Below are positions 47,221 through 56,938 of a DNA stretch of 64,000 nt, piece by piece. Each line of letters begins with the position of its first letter. The stretch's first letter is position 1. A program made the position numbers and the translations under genes. The notes under the pieces were generated by a model, which saw nothing but the letters and a program-made list of their open reading frames with translations, had not been told where the DNA came from and searched no databases. The DNA is from Clostridiales bacterium (GTDB lineage: Bacteria > Bacillota > Clostridia > Oscillospirales > Oscillospiraceae), in NCBI GenBank assembly GCA_004556965.1, contig SFFE01000008.1, positions 10,077 through 74,076 of the forward strand, in the 5' to 3' direction.

Positions 47221-47411
47221 CTCCAAAGCGGCGGCTCTTGCTCATCGTTGACTATGCCCATGCAATACCGGAAATAGGCGGTATGGGATCCATCTTCCTC
47301 AACTCTCGTGCCGCCTACTATTCCAAGGCAAGTCCAACCGTCCGATAGCATTTGATCGGCCTTCTGGTCGCCTTCAACTTCGCAGACCATATTAAATTCC
47401 GAAAAATCCAT
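47217..47411 (-). CDS. small acidic hypothetical protein, opposite strand to the early operon
   Basis: AAAGGGGGTG RBS 6 nt before the ATG. 64 aa. Confidence 0.5.
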   Translation of the reverse strand: MDFSEFNMVCEVEGDQKADQMLSDGWTCLGIVGGTRVEEDGSHTAYFRYCMGIVNDEQEPPLWS

Positions 47412-47474
47412 TTTTTCACCCCCTTTCGAACGGATTTTACCATGAAAGGGAGGAAATTACAAGGAGGTGACGCC

Positions 47475-47666
47475 ATGAAAGGAATGGCAACCTGCCGCAA
47501 GGCGGCGGGCATGACGCAGGTCGCGTTTGCGGCAGCTATCGGCGTGAGCCAGTCGAGCGTTGCGGCGTGGGAGGCGGGAGTCTCTTACCCCTCCGCGGAC
47601 AAGCTGCCCGTGATCGCCAAGACGCTGGGCTGCTCCATCGACGCGCTGTACGGCGCGCCCGCCTGA
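47475..47666 (+). CDS. XRE-family HTH protein (paralogue of 46553..46762)
   Basis: AAGGAGGTG RBS. MTQVAFAAAIGVSQSSVAAWE. The 3' end and flank are duplicated from the cro-like gene. Confidence 0.7.
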   Translation: MKGMATCRKAAGMTQVAFAAAIGVSQSSVAAWEAGVSYPSADKLPVIAKTLGCSIDALYGAPA

Positions 47667-47701
47667 TGATTCCATTTTACCACGCAAGGAGGTACTGCAC
47701 C

Positions 47702-48154
47702 ATGCAGGATAATTACCGCAACATCTACAAAAGGGCAAGGGAGACTTCCGGGATGACGCAGGAGCGCTTCGCCGAGGCGCTTGGCCTGAGCGTCGAGAGC
47801 GTCCGCCTGTACGAGACAGGGCGCGGTTTGCCGTCCGACGATGTCGTCGTGGACATGATCGCGATCTCCGGCCTGCAGGTGCTCGGCTATCAGCACTTGC
47901 TCAATAAGTCGCGCGTCGCGGCGGAGATTCTGCCGGAGGTGGCGGAGTGCTCGCTGCCGCAGGCGGTGATCCAGCTCATCTGCCGAATCCGCGACTTCGG
48001 CGACCGCCACCGCACCGACGACTTGATGAACATTGCCGCCGACGGCCGCATCGACGACCACGAGCGCGCGCTCTTCGACGAGATCGTCGCCGAGCTGGAT
48101 AGCGTCGTGCAGGCAGCGATGCAGCTCAAATATGCACAAGGAGGACAATTATGA
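47702..48154 (+). CDS. XRE HTH-domain protein with extended C-terminal domain
   Basis: AAGGAGG RBS. MTQERFAEALGLSVESVRLYE. Confidence 0.65.
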   Translation: MQDNYRNIYKRARETSGMTQERFAEALGLSVESVRLYETGRGLPSDDVVVDMIAISGLQVLGYQHLLNKSRVAAEILPEVAECSLPQAVIQLICRIRDFGDRHRTDDLMNIAADGRIDDHERALFDEIVAELDSVVQAAMQLKYAQGGQL

Positions 48155-48369
48155 CGATTGAGGATATCAAGGCAATGGACAAGCCGTATCTGATTCCAAA
48201 GGACGTCGCGCCGCTGCTTGGCTGCGACCCGTACACGATTAATGTCTGCGCAAAGCAATGCCCGGAACGGTTGGGCTTCCCGGTGATCCTGATGGGCAGC
48301 CGCGTCCGCATCCCGCGCGAGGGATTTATCCGCTTTTGGATGGGCGAGACGGTGGTGAAGGCTGTATGA
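48151..48369 (+). CDS. small DNA-binding (excisionase-type HTH) protein
   Basis: 72 aa with the pattern YLIPKDVAPLLG....I......R.PREGFIRFW. ATGA overlap with the previous gene. Confidence 0.5.
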   Translation: MTIEDIKAMDKPYLIPKDVAPLLGCDPYTINVCAKQCPERLGFPVILMGSRVRIPREGFIRFWMGETVVKAV

Positions 48370-48485
48370 GCTTCGCGGGGCATAAAAAAAGAGCCGCACC
48401 CGCGGCAACGGGTACGACTCAACGCCAAGTAATCAGCATCTTTATTTTATCCCATATTCGGGATTTTTGCAAGGGGTGATTTTGA

Positions 48486-49265
48486 ATGGCAACCATTTTC
48501 CGCGTAGAAAAGAGCGCAAATTACACCGTGATGTCCAACTATCACCTCGACGATGCGCGGCTGAGCTTGAAAGCGATCGGGCTGCTATCCAAGATTCTGC
48601 GTATGCCGGACGGCTGGGACTATTCCATAGAGGGGCTCTCGCGCATTTGCCGCGAGGGCAAGGCCGCGATCCGGAGCGCGATTGAGGAGCTGGAGGAGGC
48701 GGGCTACATCGTCCGCCGCCAGACGCACGGAGAGGGCGGCCAGTTTGCTGGGAATGAGTACATCGTGTATGAGCAGCCGCATTTCGATGCTGAAAAATCA
48801 CCGTCGTGCGAAAATCAAACGACGGTAGAAGAATCACCGTCGTGCGGTTTTCCGTCGACGGAAAATCCGTCGTCGGGAAACCCGTCGTCGGAAAACCGCA
48901 CGCAAATAAATACTATCTTAGCAAATACTATACCCCCTAAAGCCCCCCAAGGGGGGCGGCGGCGTCGTGAGCCGAAAAAAGCGCCGGACTGGGAGCCGGA
49001 GCGTTTCGCCGCATTCTGGGCGTACTACCCCAGAGGAGAGTCCAAGCAGGCAGCAATTGCAGCGTGGGACAAGCTGCGCCCGTCCAGTGAGCTGATCGAC
49101 GAGATGGCGCGGGCACTCAAACGGCAAACGCAAACGGAAGAATGGCAGCGCGGCGTCGGCATCCCGTATGCGTCGACCTGGCTCAATCAGCGCCGGTGGG
49201 AAGATGAGCAGCGGGCACCGAATCCGCCCGCGGACGACGAAGGGAGCTTGCCGTTATGGACATGA
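48486..49265 (+). CDS. phage replication initiator/replisome organizer (winged-helix N-domain)
   Basis: N-terminal FRVEK..NYT...N..L.D..LS.KA.GLL block. Immediately upstream of, and overlapping, dnaB. Confidence 0.65.
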   Translation: MATIFRVEKSANYTVMSNYHLDDARLSLKAIGLLSKILRMPDGWDYSIEGLSRICREGKAAIRSAIEELEEAGYIVRRQTHGEGGQFAGNEYIVYEQPHFDAEKSPSCENQTTVEESPSCGFPSTENPSSGNPSSENRTQINTILANTIPPKAPQGGRRRREPKKAPDWEPERFAAFWAYYPRGESKQAAIAAWDKLRPSSELIDEMARALKRQTQTEEWQRGVGIPYASTWLNQRRWEDEQRAPNPPADDEGSLPLWT

Positions 49266-50545
49266 GAGATCACCGCATTCTGGACGCCGAGACCGCCGTA
49301 CTCGGCAGCATCCTGATCGCGCCGGAGATCGTCGGCGAGGCGATGCTGCGGCTGCGCGCAGAGGATTTTCTCGACGCCGAGTACCGCAGCGTGTTTGCGG
49401 CAATCCGCAGACTTTGGCAGCAGAGCCGCCCGGTGGACGCCGTGACGGTGCTGCACCAGCTCGGCGGCGACGCCTACGAGCCGTTTCTTCGGCAGATCAT
49501 GGAGGCGACGCCGACCGCCGCAAACTGGGAGGCCTACGCGGACATCCTCGCCGAGCAGGCGCGTCTTACCCGGATCAAGGCGTCGGCGGTGCAGATCGTA
49601 AATGCAGTGACGCTGGACGATGCGCGCGCCGCGGTCGAGGCGGCCGGCACGCAGCTCTGCGCCCGGCGCGACGCCCGCGCCGTCAGCTTTGCCGATGGCC
49701 TTTCGGACTTTTACCGCCGCCAGGCGGCAGGCAAGGTGCCGAACTACATACCATGGGGCATCCGGCAGCTCGACGAGCAGCTCTATGCAGAGCCGGGGGA
49801 TTTTATCATCCTGGGCGGCTACCCGTCCGCGGGCAAGACGCTGCTAGCAACGCAGTTTGCCTGGCACATGGCATCTACACGCCGGGTCGGATTTTTCTCG
49901 TTGGAAACCAGTCCGGCGAAGATCTTCGACCGCCTGATCTCACAAGTGGCCGAGATCAATTTCACTCGCATCAAGCGGCACACGATGCAGTCGGCGGACT
50001 ATACTGCCGCTGGAAAGCTGGCGTACAACCCGGACGCCGTGCATCTGGATGTGATCAACGCATCCGGCTTTGATGTCGCGGACGTACAGGCGCACGCGCT
50101 GGCCAAGCAGTACGATGTGATTTTTCTGGACTACGTGCAGCTCCTTCGCGCTACCGGAAACACCCGAGTGGAGCAGGTGACCAACATCTCGCTCGCGCTG
50201 CACACGATGGCGCAGCGAACCGGCATCACGATTGTCGCGCTCTCGCAACTCTCCCGCCCGGAGAAGGGCGCGGCCAAGAGCCTCACACCGCAGATGTCCG
50301 ACTTGCGCGAGTCCGGGCAGTTGGAACAGGACGCGGACGCGATCATGATCCTAAAGGCCGCGCCGGACAATATCCGCACACTCTCCATCGTGAAGAACAA
50401 GGAGGGCGAGCGCGGCGCGATCAAGCTAAATTTTGACGCAGCACATCTGACGCTGATGCCGATCTCTGGCCGTGAAGCGCAGGACGACGAGGACGAAGAA
50501 GATTTCCCCAAAATGCAGGCATGGCCGAAGAAGGAGTCGGATTAA
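49256..50545 (+). CDS. dnaB: replicative DNA helicase DnaB
   Basis: N-terminal DnaB domain (AETAVLGSILI), Walker A GGYPSAGKT, Walker B IFLDYVQLL, SQLSR. Confidence 0.88.
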   Translation: MDMRDHRILDAETAVLGSILIAPEIVGEAMLRLRAEDFLDAEYRSVFAAIRRLWQQSRPVDAVTVLHQLGGDAYEPFLRQIMEATPTAANWEAYADILAEQARLTRIKASAVQIVNAVTLDDARAAVEAAGTQLCARRDARAVSFADGLSDFYRRQAAGKVPNYIPWGIRQLDEQLYAEPGDFIILGGYPSAGKTLLATQFAWHMASTRRVGFFSLETSPAKIFDRLISQVAEINFTRIKRHTMQSADYTAAGKLAYNPDAVHLDVINASGFDVADVQAHALAKQYDVIFLDYVQLLRATGNTRVEQVTNISLALHTMAQRTGITIVALSQLSRPEKGAAKSLTPQMSDLRESGQLEQDADAIMILKAAPDNIRTLSIVKNKEGERGAIKLNFDAAHLTLMPISGREAQDDEDEEDFPKMQAWPKKESD

Positions 50546-50808
50546 TGAAAGTAGGAGATAAGATCGGCCATTTGCGGCCTACATTTGGCGCGATCCACGA
50601 CGCCAAAGAGGATCGCCGCACATTCCCGGCAACGGTAGTGTACATTCACCCGGAAGGAAGATTCATCTCGGTCGAATTTGAGCTTCCGCGCGGCCGAAAG
50701 TGCCGCGAGAGCTTTTATTTTGAAAATCGGCAGGGCGCGGCAACGCCCAGAAAGGAAAATGAGCATGAAAGTAATCAGCATCGTAAATCTAAAAGGCGGC
50801 GTCGGTAA
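50545..50808 (+). CDS. hypothetical phage protein
   Basis: AAGGAG RBS. The ATG overlaps the dnaB stop. The 3' end overlaps parA. Confidence 0.4.
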   Translation: MKVGDKIGHLRPTFGAIHDAKEDRRTFPATVVYIHPEGRFISVEFELPRGRKCRESFYFENRQGAATPRKENEHESNQHRKSKRRRR

Positions 50809-51538
50809 AACGGTCACCGCCGTGAACATGGCGGCGATCCTCGCGACCGAGCACAACAAGCGCGTGCTCGTGATCGACGCCGACCCGCAAGCCAATGCGA
50901 CCCGATTTTTCGGCGCGCAGGATGCGCCCGCGACGCTGTGCGACCTGTTTGCCGGGCGCACCACATGCTATGACGACATCGTATGGCAGACGCAGATCGC
51001 GGGTGTGGACATCGCCCCGGCGACGATCGACCTGCTCGCGTTTGATGTCGCTGCCGCCACGGAAGAGCAGGGGATCGTCCGCATGCTCTCCGATCTCTGC
51101 ACCGCAGCCGAGGAGGATAGCGCCTATGACTATGCTATCATCGACTGCCCGCCGGGCTTTACCGCGGTCAGCATTTCCGGCATCGCGGCGAGCGACGACG
51201 TAATCATACCGGCCAAGGTGGACGCCTTTGCGATGTCCGGCATCGACGAGCTGCGGGCGCAGATCGAGGGCGTGCAGCGTGTCGGGCAGGGCATCCGGAT
51301 CGCGGGCGTGCTTGTGACGATGTGGCACAACGCGCCGGTCGTGACGCAGGGCGAGGCGTATCTCAGGAGCCAGTCTGTGCCGGTGTTCGAGACGACGATC
51401 CGCCGCACGGATAAGGTGGACGAGTCCACATTTGCCCGCCAGCCGATCAGTGACTATTCGCGCTGGTGCTCAGCCGCGCGGGACTACCGAGATTTTGTGG
51501 ATGAGTATCTCGCCAAGGAGGTGCGCATCGATGGGTAA
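50759..51538 (+). CDS. parA: ParA/Soj-family partition ATPase
   Basis: Deviant Walker A NLKGGVGKT. DCPP Walker B region. Confidence 0.88.
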   Translation: MSMKVISIVNLKGGVGKTVTAVNMAAILATEHNKRVLVIDADPQANATRFFGAQDAPATLCDLFAGRTTCYDDIVWQTQIAGVDIAPATIDLLAFDVAAATEEQGIVRMLSDLCTAAEEDSAYDYAIIDCPPGFTAVSISGIAASDDVIIPAKVDAFAMSGIDELRAQIEGVQRVGQGIRIAGVLVTMWHNAPVVTQGEAYLRSQSVPVFETTIRRTDKVDESTFARQPISDYSRWCSAARDYRDFVDEYLAKEVRIDG

Positions 51539-52997
51539 GGCGTTCAATCTGGCCGATTTCATGCCCGACGCAAATGTGTCCAAATTGGACACGCCAACAC
51601 GCGAGATCAAGATGATCCCGACGCGCAGCATCTTCCCGAACGATAAAAATTTTTATGATACGTCCAATGTGAGCGATTTGATCGATAGCATCCTGCTGCA
51701 TGGGCTGCTTGATCCGCTGACCGTTCGGCCTGCTGGCGACGGAGAGGGCTACATTATCATCTCCGGACACCGGCGGCACAAGGCCATGATGACGATTCTG
51801 GACGACGCGCTTGCAGAAGATCTCACACCGTTTGAGACGGTGCCGTGCTTCATTTCCGAGCCGCGCGACGAGCTGATGGAGGAGCTGATGCTCATCCAAG
51901 CCAACAGCGCGACGCGCGTGCTGACGTCGGCAGAGCTGGCAAAGCAGGCCGAGAAGATAGAGGAACTGCTTTACCGGCTCAAGGAGCAGGGCTATGAGTT
52001 TCCGGGCCGCATGCGTGATCACGTCGCCAAGGCGTGCAACGTGGCGGCGTCCCGGCTTGGGCGGCTGAAAGTGATCCGCGAGAAGCTGATCCCGGAACTC
52101 TACGAGCGGTTTGGGGGCGGTCTGATCCCGGAGAATGCGGCTTACGATGCGGCGCGGATGCCGGAGCGCGACCAGCAAATTCTCGCGCAGCGGCACAAAA
52201 AGGAAATCACGACGTGGGAAGTGAACAACGTAAAGTCGTGGCTTGAGAATATCAACGCCCTCACGGAGTGCAATTATTCCGATGGCGCTTGCGACCAATA
52301 CGAGGTGCGGAGCGGGATGTATCTCGAAAGAGGATACATCCCCTGCGCTGGGAAATGCTGCATGGATTGCTATAGTCTCGTCACCTGCGATAAGGCCTGC
52401 GCCAAGTGCAAGGAACGCCGAAAAGAGCTGATCGACGAACGCGAGCAGCGCGAGGAGAAGGAGCGAGCCGAACGCGAAGCGCGGAATGCCGAAGCTAAGG
52501 CAAGAGCGGATGCACGCGAGCGGGAAGTTTCGAGGCTCTGGCAGCGTCTCGGCGCGGCGCGTGAGGCAGCACATATTGCCGACGAGACATTTTACAATGA
52601 CGTGCTGGAGTGGTACCTGGACGACGAAGAAATTGAGATTATGCTTGTCCGAGAGAGGGGAGGAATCCCGGAGGATGCTTGGTTCGACGAGCCGTTTTCG
52701 GATAGTGCCGAAGATCTCCGAACGGCGGCCGCCGCGCTGCATTGCACGACGGACTACCTCCTCGGCGTATCAGACGAGCCGCAGCCGTCCAGTGCTGGCC
52801 GCTGGCGCTGCGTGGCGGATGGCGAGCTGCCGGACGAGGGGCAGGCCGTCATTATACTTTTACGATTCTCGCAAAATTCCGCTTGGTCGAGCAACACGTC
52901 CGTGTACCACAACGGCAAATTCCGTTTCACGCAGGATTTGGATATGGAACTTCGCGGCGTGCAGTATTGGATGCCGTCGCCGGAGCTTCCGGAGTAA
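51531..52997 (+). CDS. parB: ParB/Srx-domain protein with long C-terminal extension (Cys cluster, E/R coiled coil, HTH-like DYLLG segment, DUF551-like tail)
   Basis: LLDPLTVRP...ISGHRRHKA ParB box. 8-nt overlap with parA. Confidence 0.8.
   Translation: MGKAFNLADFMPDANVSKLDTPTREIKMIPTRSIFPNDKNFYDTSNVSDLIDSILLHGLLDPLTVRPAGDGEGYIIISGHRRHKAMMTILDDALAEDLTPFETVPCFISEPRDELMEELMLIQANSATRVLTSAELAKQAEKIEELLYRLKEQGYEFPGRMRDHVAKACNVAASRLGRLKVIREKLIPELYERFGGGLIPENAAYDAARMPERDQQILAQRHKKEITTWEVNNVKSWLENINALTECNYSDGACDQYEVRSGMYLERGYIPCAGKCCMDCYSLVTCDKACAKCKERRKELIDEREQREEKERAEREARNAEAKARADAREREVSRLWQRLGAAREAAHIADETFYNDVLEWYLDDEEIEIMLVRERGGIPEDAWFDEPFSDSAEDLRTAAAALHCTTDYLLGVSDEPQPSSAGRWRCVADGELPDEGQAVIILLRFSQNSAWSSNTSVYHNGKFRFTQDLDMELRGVQYWMPSPELPE
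51576..51592. repeat. 17-bp palindrome GTGTCCAAATTGGACAC, copy 3 (inside the parB 5' end)
   Basis: Encodes NVSKLDT of ParB. Confidence 0.95.
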
Positions 52998-53007
52998 AGG
53001 AGTAACT

Positions 53008-54090
53008 ATGGAAATAATTGAAATCACGTCCCAGAAGCAGCTTGACGAGCTGCCGCTTGACTACAACGGAAGAATCTGTATCAAATTCGGCACGCCGGAT
53101 GATCGCGCGATTATTCGGCATCGTTATATATATCCCGTCGAGGCGTTGGAGAACAGCAGCGTCGAGGCGTTGGAGAACAGCAGCGTCGTGGCGCGGGGCA
53201 ACAGCAGCGTCGTGGCGCGGGGCAACAGCAGCGTCGAGGCGTGGGAGAACAGCAGCGTCGTGGCGCTGGATAACAGCAGCGTCGTGGCGCGGGGCAACAG
53301 CAGCGTCGTGGCGTTGGAGAACAGCAGCGTCGAGGCGCGGGGCAACAGCAGCGTCGAGGCGCGGGGCAACAGCAGCGTCGAGGCGCACGGCAACAGTAGC
53401 GTCGTGGCGCGGGGCAACAGCAGCGTCGTGGCGCACGGCAACAGTAGCGTCGTGGCGCGGGGCAACAGCAGCGTCGTGGCGCGGGGCAACAGCAGCGTCG
53501 TGGCGCGGGGCAACAGCAGCGTCGTGGCGCACGGCAACAGCAGCGTCGTGGCGTGGGATAACAGCAGCGTCGTGGCGCGGGGCAACAGCAGCGTCGTGGC
53601 GAGGGGGAATACACGGGTGGTTGCTGCATCTAATGCGGCAGCAATTCAACAATCGGGCAACGCTCTCATCGTACATATGCCGCGCACAATTGCTGAATAT
53701 CTCGAATTTTACGAAATCGAGAACGATGGTGAAACCGCGAAGCTGTACAAAGCCGTGCACAAGATCGACGGCATTTATCGCTCCGACTACACGCCCAGAT
53801 GTACATATGCGCCCGGTGAAACAACGGAGGCAGATGCGCTCGACAAAGACCCGGACGAGACATGCGGTCACGGCATCCACATGGCGCATCTTGATTGGTG
53901 TCTTGATTATGGACGCAATTGGAGCGATCTTGCAATCATTGAGGTCGAAACCGAGACCGACGGCATTATCGTACCCCGGAGCGGAAACGGAAAAGTCCGT
54001 GCCGAGCGGTGCAAAATGATTCGAGAAGTTCCGCTTGAAGAGTGCGGCGTATATGGAAAGATTCTCGCAAAACGGAGGAGCAACGCATGA
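53008..54090 (+). CDS. phage protein built of about 20 tandem 8-residue (V[VE]A[RHWL][GED]NSS) repeats plus a C-terminal globular domain
   Basis: AAAGGAG RBS. The 24-nt DNA period at 53137-53616 is in frame with the flanking non-repetitive N- and C-terminal domains. Confidence 0.75.
   Translation: MEIIEITSQKQLDELPLDYNGRICIKFGTPDDRAIIRHRYIYPVEALENSSVEALENSSVVARGNSSVVARGNSSVEAWENSSVVALDNSSVVARGNSSVVALENSSVEARGNSSVEARGNSSVEAHGNSSVVARGNSSVVAHGNSSVVARGNSSVVARGNSSVVARGNSSVVAHGNSSVVAWDNSSVVARGNSSVVARGNTRVVAASNAAAIQQSGNALIVHMPRTIAEYLEFYEIENDGETAKLYKAVHKIDGIYRSDYTPRCTYAPGETTEADALDKDPDETCGHGIHMAHLDWCLDYGRNWSDLAIIEVETETDGIIVPRSGNGKVRAERCKMIREVPLEECGVYGKILAKRRSNA
53137..53616 (+). repeat. about 20 near-perfect 24-nt tandem repeats (GTCGTGGCGCGGGGCAACAGCAGC consensus)
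   Basis: Direct reading. Variation is confined mainly to codons 2, 4 and 5 of each octad. Confidence 0.95.
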
Positions 54091-54243
54091 GCAAGCTGAA
54101 AAAATCGCTGGACAAGCTCGCATCAATGGCCGTTCTAACACTCGCAGCCACTTGCTCAGCAATCGGCGCGATCTGGTTGCTCGGCGCGGCGTGCAGTATT
54201 GGCTGCCGTCGCCGGAGCTGCCAGAGTAAAGGAGGACGATGAT

Positions 54244-54603
54244 ATGACTTTTTACATAGCTGGAAAAATCACTGGCGATCCGGATTATAAATCAAAATTC
54301 GACGCCATGAAGGGTCGCATTTTGGAAGCTTGGCCTTGGTGTCAGGTTCTGAGCCCGGCCGACAATCCGCAGGGCATGAGCAATGCGGACTACATGCGTC
54401 TTAGCTTTGCGATGATCGACTGCGCTGACGTGGTGATCTTCCTCCCGGATTGGGAAGAAAGCAAGGGCGCGCGGATCGAGAAAGCGTACTGCGAGTATAT
54501 CGAAAAAATCTGCGTGTGTTGGGGCTTGCAGACACCGCTGACTTGCTTCTCGTATTATAAATTAATCGGCGTACAAAAAGGAACGGCGGGTAGCTCCACA
54601 TGA
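54244..54603 (+). CDS. DUF4406 / nucleoside 2-deoxyribosyltransferase-like protein
   Basis: MTFYIAGKITG...DVVIFLPDWEESKGARIE pattern. AAAGGAGG RBS. Confidence 0.6.
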   Translation: MTFYIAGKITGDPDYKSKFDAMKGRILEAWPWCQVLSPADNPQGMSNADYMRLSFAMIDCADVVIFLPDWEESKGARIEKAYCEYIEKICVCWGLQTPLTCFSYYKLIGVQKGTAGSST

Positions 54604-54836
54604 TTGCGCCAATTTACAAATTCTATCGCTCGCGCCGATTTATGTTCAGCGCGAAGCGCATCGAAGCTGGGCGATACGTCCTGTGCATGTTCCTGCCGCG
54701 CTCCGGACAGTGGGCGCCATTTATCGGCGAGCCGGAGCATCAGACGCTGGCTGACGCCAATGCGCGCCTTGATGAACTGGCCAAGATGAATCATTGGAAG
54801 CGATGCGACGCCATGGGGATTTTTTGGAGCCTGTGA
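54600..54836 (+). CDS. hypothetical phage protein
   Basis: ATGA overlap with the preceding gene. 78 aa. Confidence 0.45.
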   Translation: MIAPIYKFYRSRRFMFSAKRIEAGRYVLCMFLPRSGQWAPFIGEPEHQTLADANARLDELAKMNHWKRCDAMGIFWSL

Positions 54837-55090
54837 AAAAATTGAAAAGGGAAGGCGGAGCCCAAGCTCCGTCTTCCCGCGCTTGAAAAATGGGCGGCGC
54901 AATTAGCACCGCCGCCAGATGTGTTTCATCCACAAAATCGGACGATTTCCGGCTCGATACTGCAATCGAATATGTACTGCATCCCATATCACTCCCTCCG
55001 ATGGAAATAATAGCATATAAAGGGATAAAAATCCCGGAAAGATTCCGGAAAGATTAAAGGAGGCGATCAACGATCAATGTAGCATACAAC

Positions 55091-55850
<760 letters not shown>

Positions 55851-55861
55851 GGGGCGACTGA

Positions 55862-56608
55862 TTGGCAAAAACCAAAAAAAAGAAAATCATCGTTGCAGGC
55901 TCTCTTGTGCTGGAGGCGATATATCCGGCGATCAGCGGCAGGGAGGAGCCGAAAGCACGCGCCGCCAAGCGCAAGCTATCATCGGAAGCCCAGCAGCGGA
56001 TGAATCAAAAGTATAGCTATCAAAAGCTGGAACTGATGCTTGCAGCGAACTTTGTACCGGGCGACTTGGTATGCACGATGACTTACGACGATGCGCATCT
56101 GCCCGCCGACCGGAAAGCCGCGGAGGGAAAGCTCAAGTATTTTCGGGCGAAGCTCAAAAAGGATCGTGGCAAGCAGAAAAGCGATATGCGCATGATTTGG
56201 AGCACCGAGCACCGGCACGGAGACGGACGGTGGCACCATCATGTAGTCATCAACGCTACCGGCGACGACTACGATACGATCCTCAAACTCTGGGGGCAGG
56301 GTGAGATCGAGATGCGCCCATTGCGCGCCGACAAGGAGAAAAACTACGAGAGCCTTGCTCGGTACATGGCAAAGGAGGAGCGGGACAAGCTCGGCCAGCG
56401 ATGTTGGAGCTACACCCGCAACTGCAAAAAGCCGGAGATTGAGACTTTCCGCGTGGAATCCGACACGCCGCTGAACCCGCCAAAAGGGTCGATCGTGCTG
56501 GAAAATGCATCGGAGCGTACCCAGTATGCCGAATACAGATATATTAAGTACCTCGCCGCAAAGCCGGTCCGACGCAGGGCGAAGCGCCGAAAGCGACCTC
56601 GCAAGTAG
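55862..56608 (+). CDS. HUH-superfamily Rep-like protein (paralogue of island rep)
   Basis: Motifs VCTMTYD, HHHVVIN and LARYMAKE. 248 aa with a TTG start after a GGGGG RBS. Confidence 0.65.
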   Translation: MAKTKKKKIIVAGSLVLEAIYPAISGREEPKARAAKRKLSSEAQQRMNQKYSYQKLELMLAANFVPGDLVCTMTYDDAHLPADRKAAEGKLKYFRAKLKKDRGKQKSDMRMIWSTEHRHGDGRWHHHVVINATGDDYDTILKLWGQGEIEMRPLRADKEKNYESLARYMAKEERDKLGQRCWSYTRNCKKPEIETFRVESDTPLNPPKGSIVLENASERTQYAEYRYIKYLAAKPVRRRAKRRKRPRK

Positions 56609-56667
56609 CTTTTTATTTATTTTTCTGACTTGAAAATAATATTATTATAGCGACAAAGGAGCTAAAA

Positions 56668-56877
56668 GTGTTGCAAACACAAGAAAAATCGAGTACAATA
56701 AAAGTGCAAGGAGGCCGAGCGATTTGCCCGTCGTGCCATACTAGGACGCAGATCGAGATTCGGCAAGATACAGTCCTGATCAACTATCCGCTGTACTGCA
56801 AAAGATGCAAGCGAACAACGCTTGTGAGATATGGAGAGCCTGAGCCTGAGAGCCTGAGCCAATCGACAATGCATTGA
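56668..56877 (+). CDS. Cys-rich KTR-type zinc-ribbon protein
   Basis: CPSCH...T.I...T.L.N.PLYC.RCK pattern. AAAGGAG RBS with a GTG start. Confidence 0.6.
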   Translation: MLQTQEKSSTIKVQGGRAICPSCHTRTQIEIRQDTVLINYPLYCKRCKRTTLVRYGEPEPESLSQSTMH

Positions 56878-56938
56878 TGTGCATGTTGGTCGGCTCAGGC
56901 TTTTTTGTTTGCTCCGGCCGCCCCGGAGGTGATAGCCC

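Noticed and set aside
53018-54162. Alternative-frame and minus-strand ORFs across the 24-nt repeat array: 53018..54019, 53111..53629 (minus), 53124..53585 (minus) and 52927..54162 (minus).
   Set aside because: A 24-nt period keeps every frame open. Only the 53008..54090 frame has an RBS and non-repetitive N- and C-terminal domains.
54721-54987. Minus-strand 88-aa ORF with a strong GGAGGGAG RBS in the 255-bp gap before the methyltransferase.
   Set aside because: The frame reads through two hairpin terminators (54853-54882, 54893-54918) and into the 3' end of the convergent gene 54600..54836. The composition is not protein-like beyond about 20 residues. A short peptide cannot be excluded.
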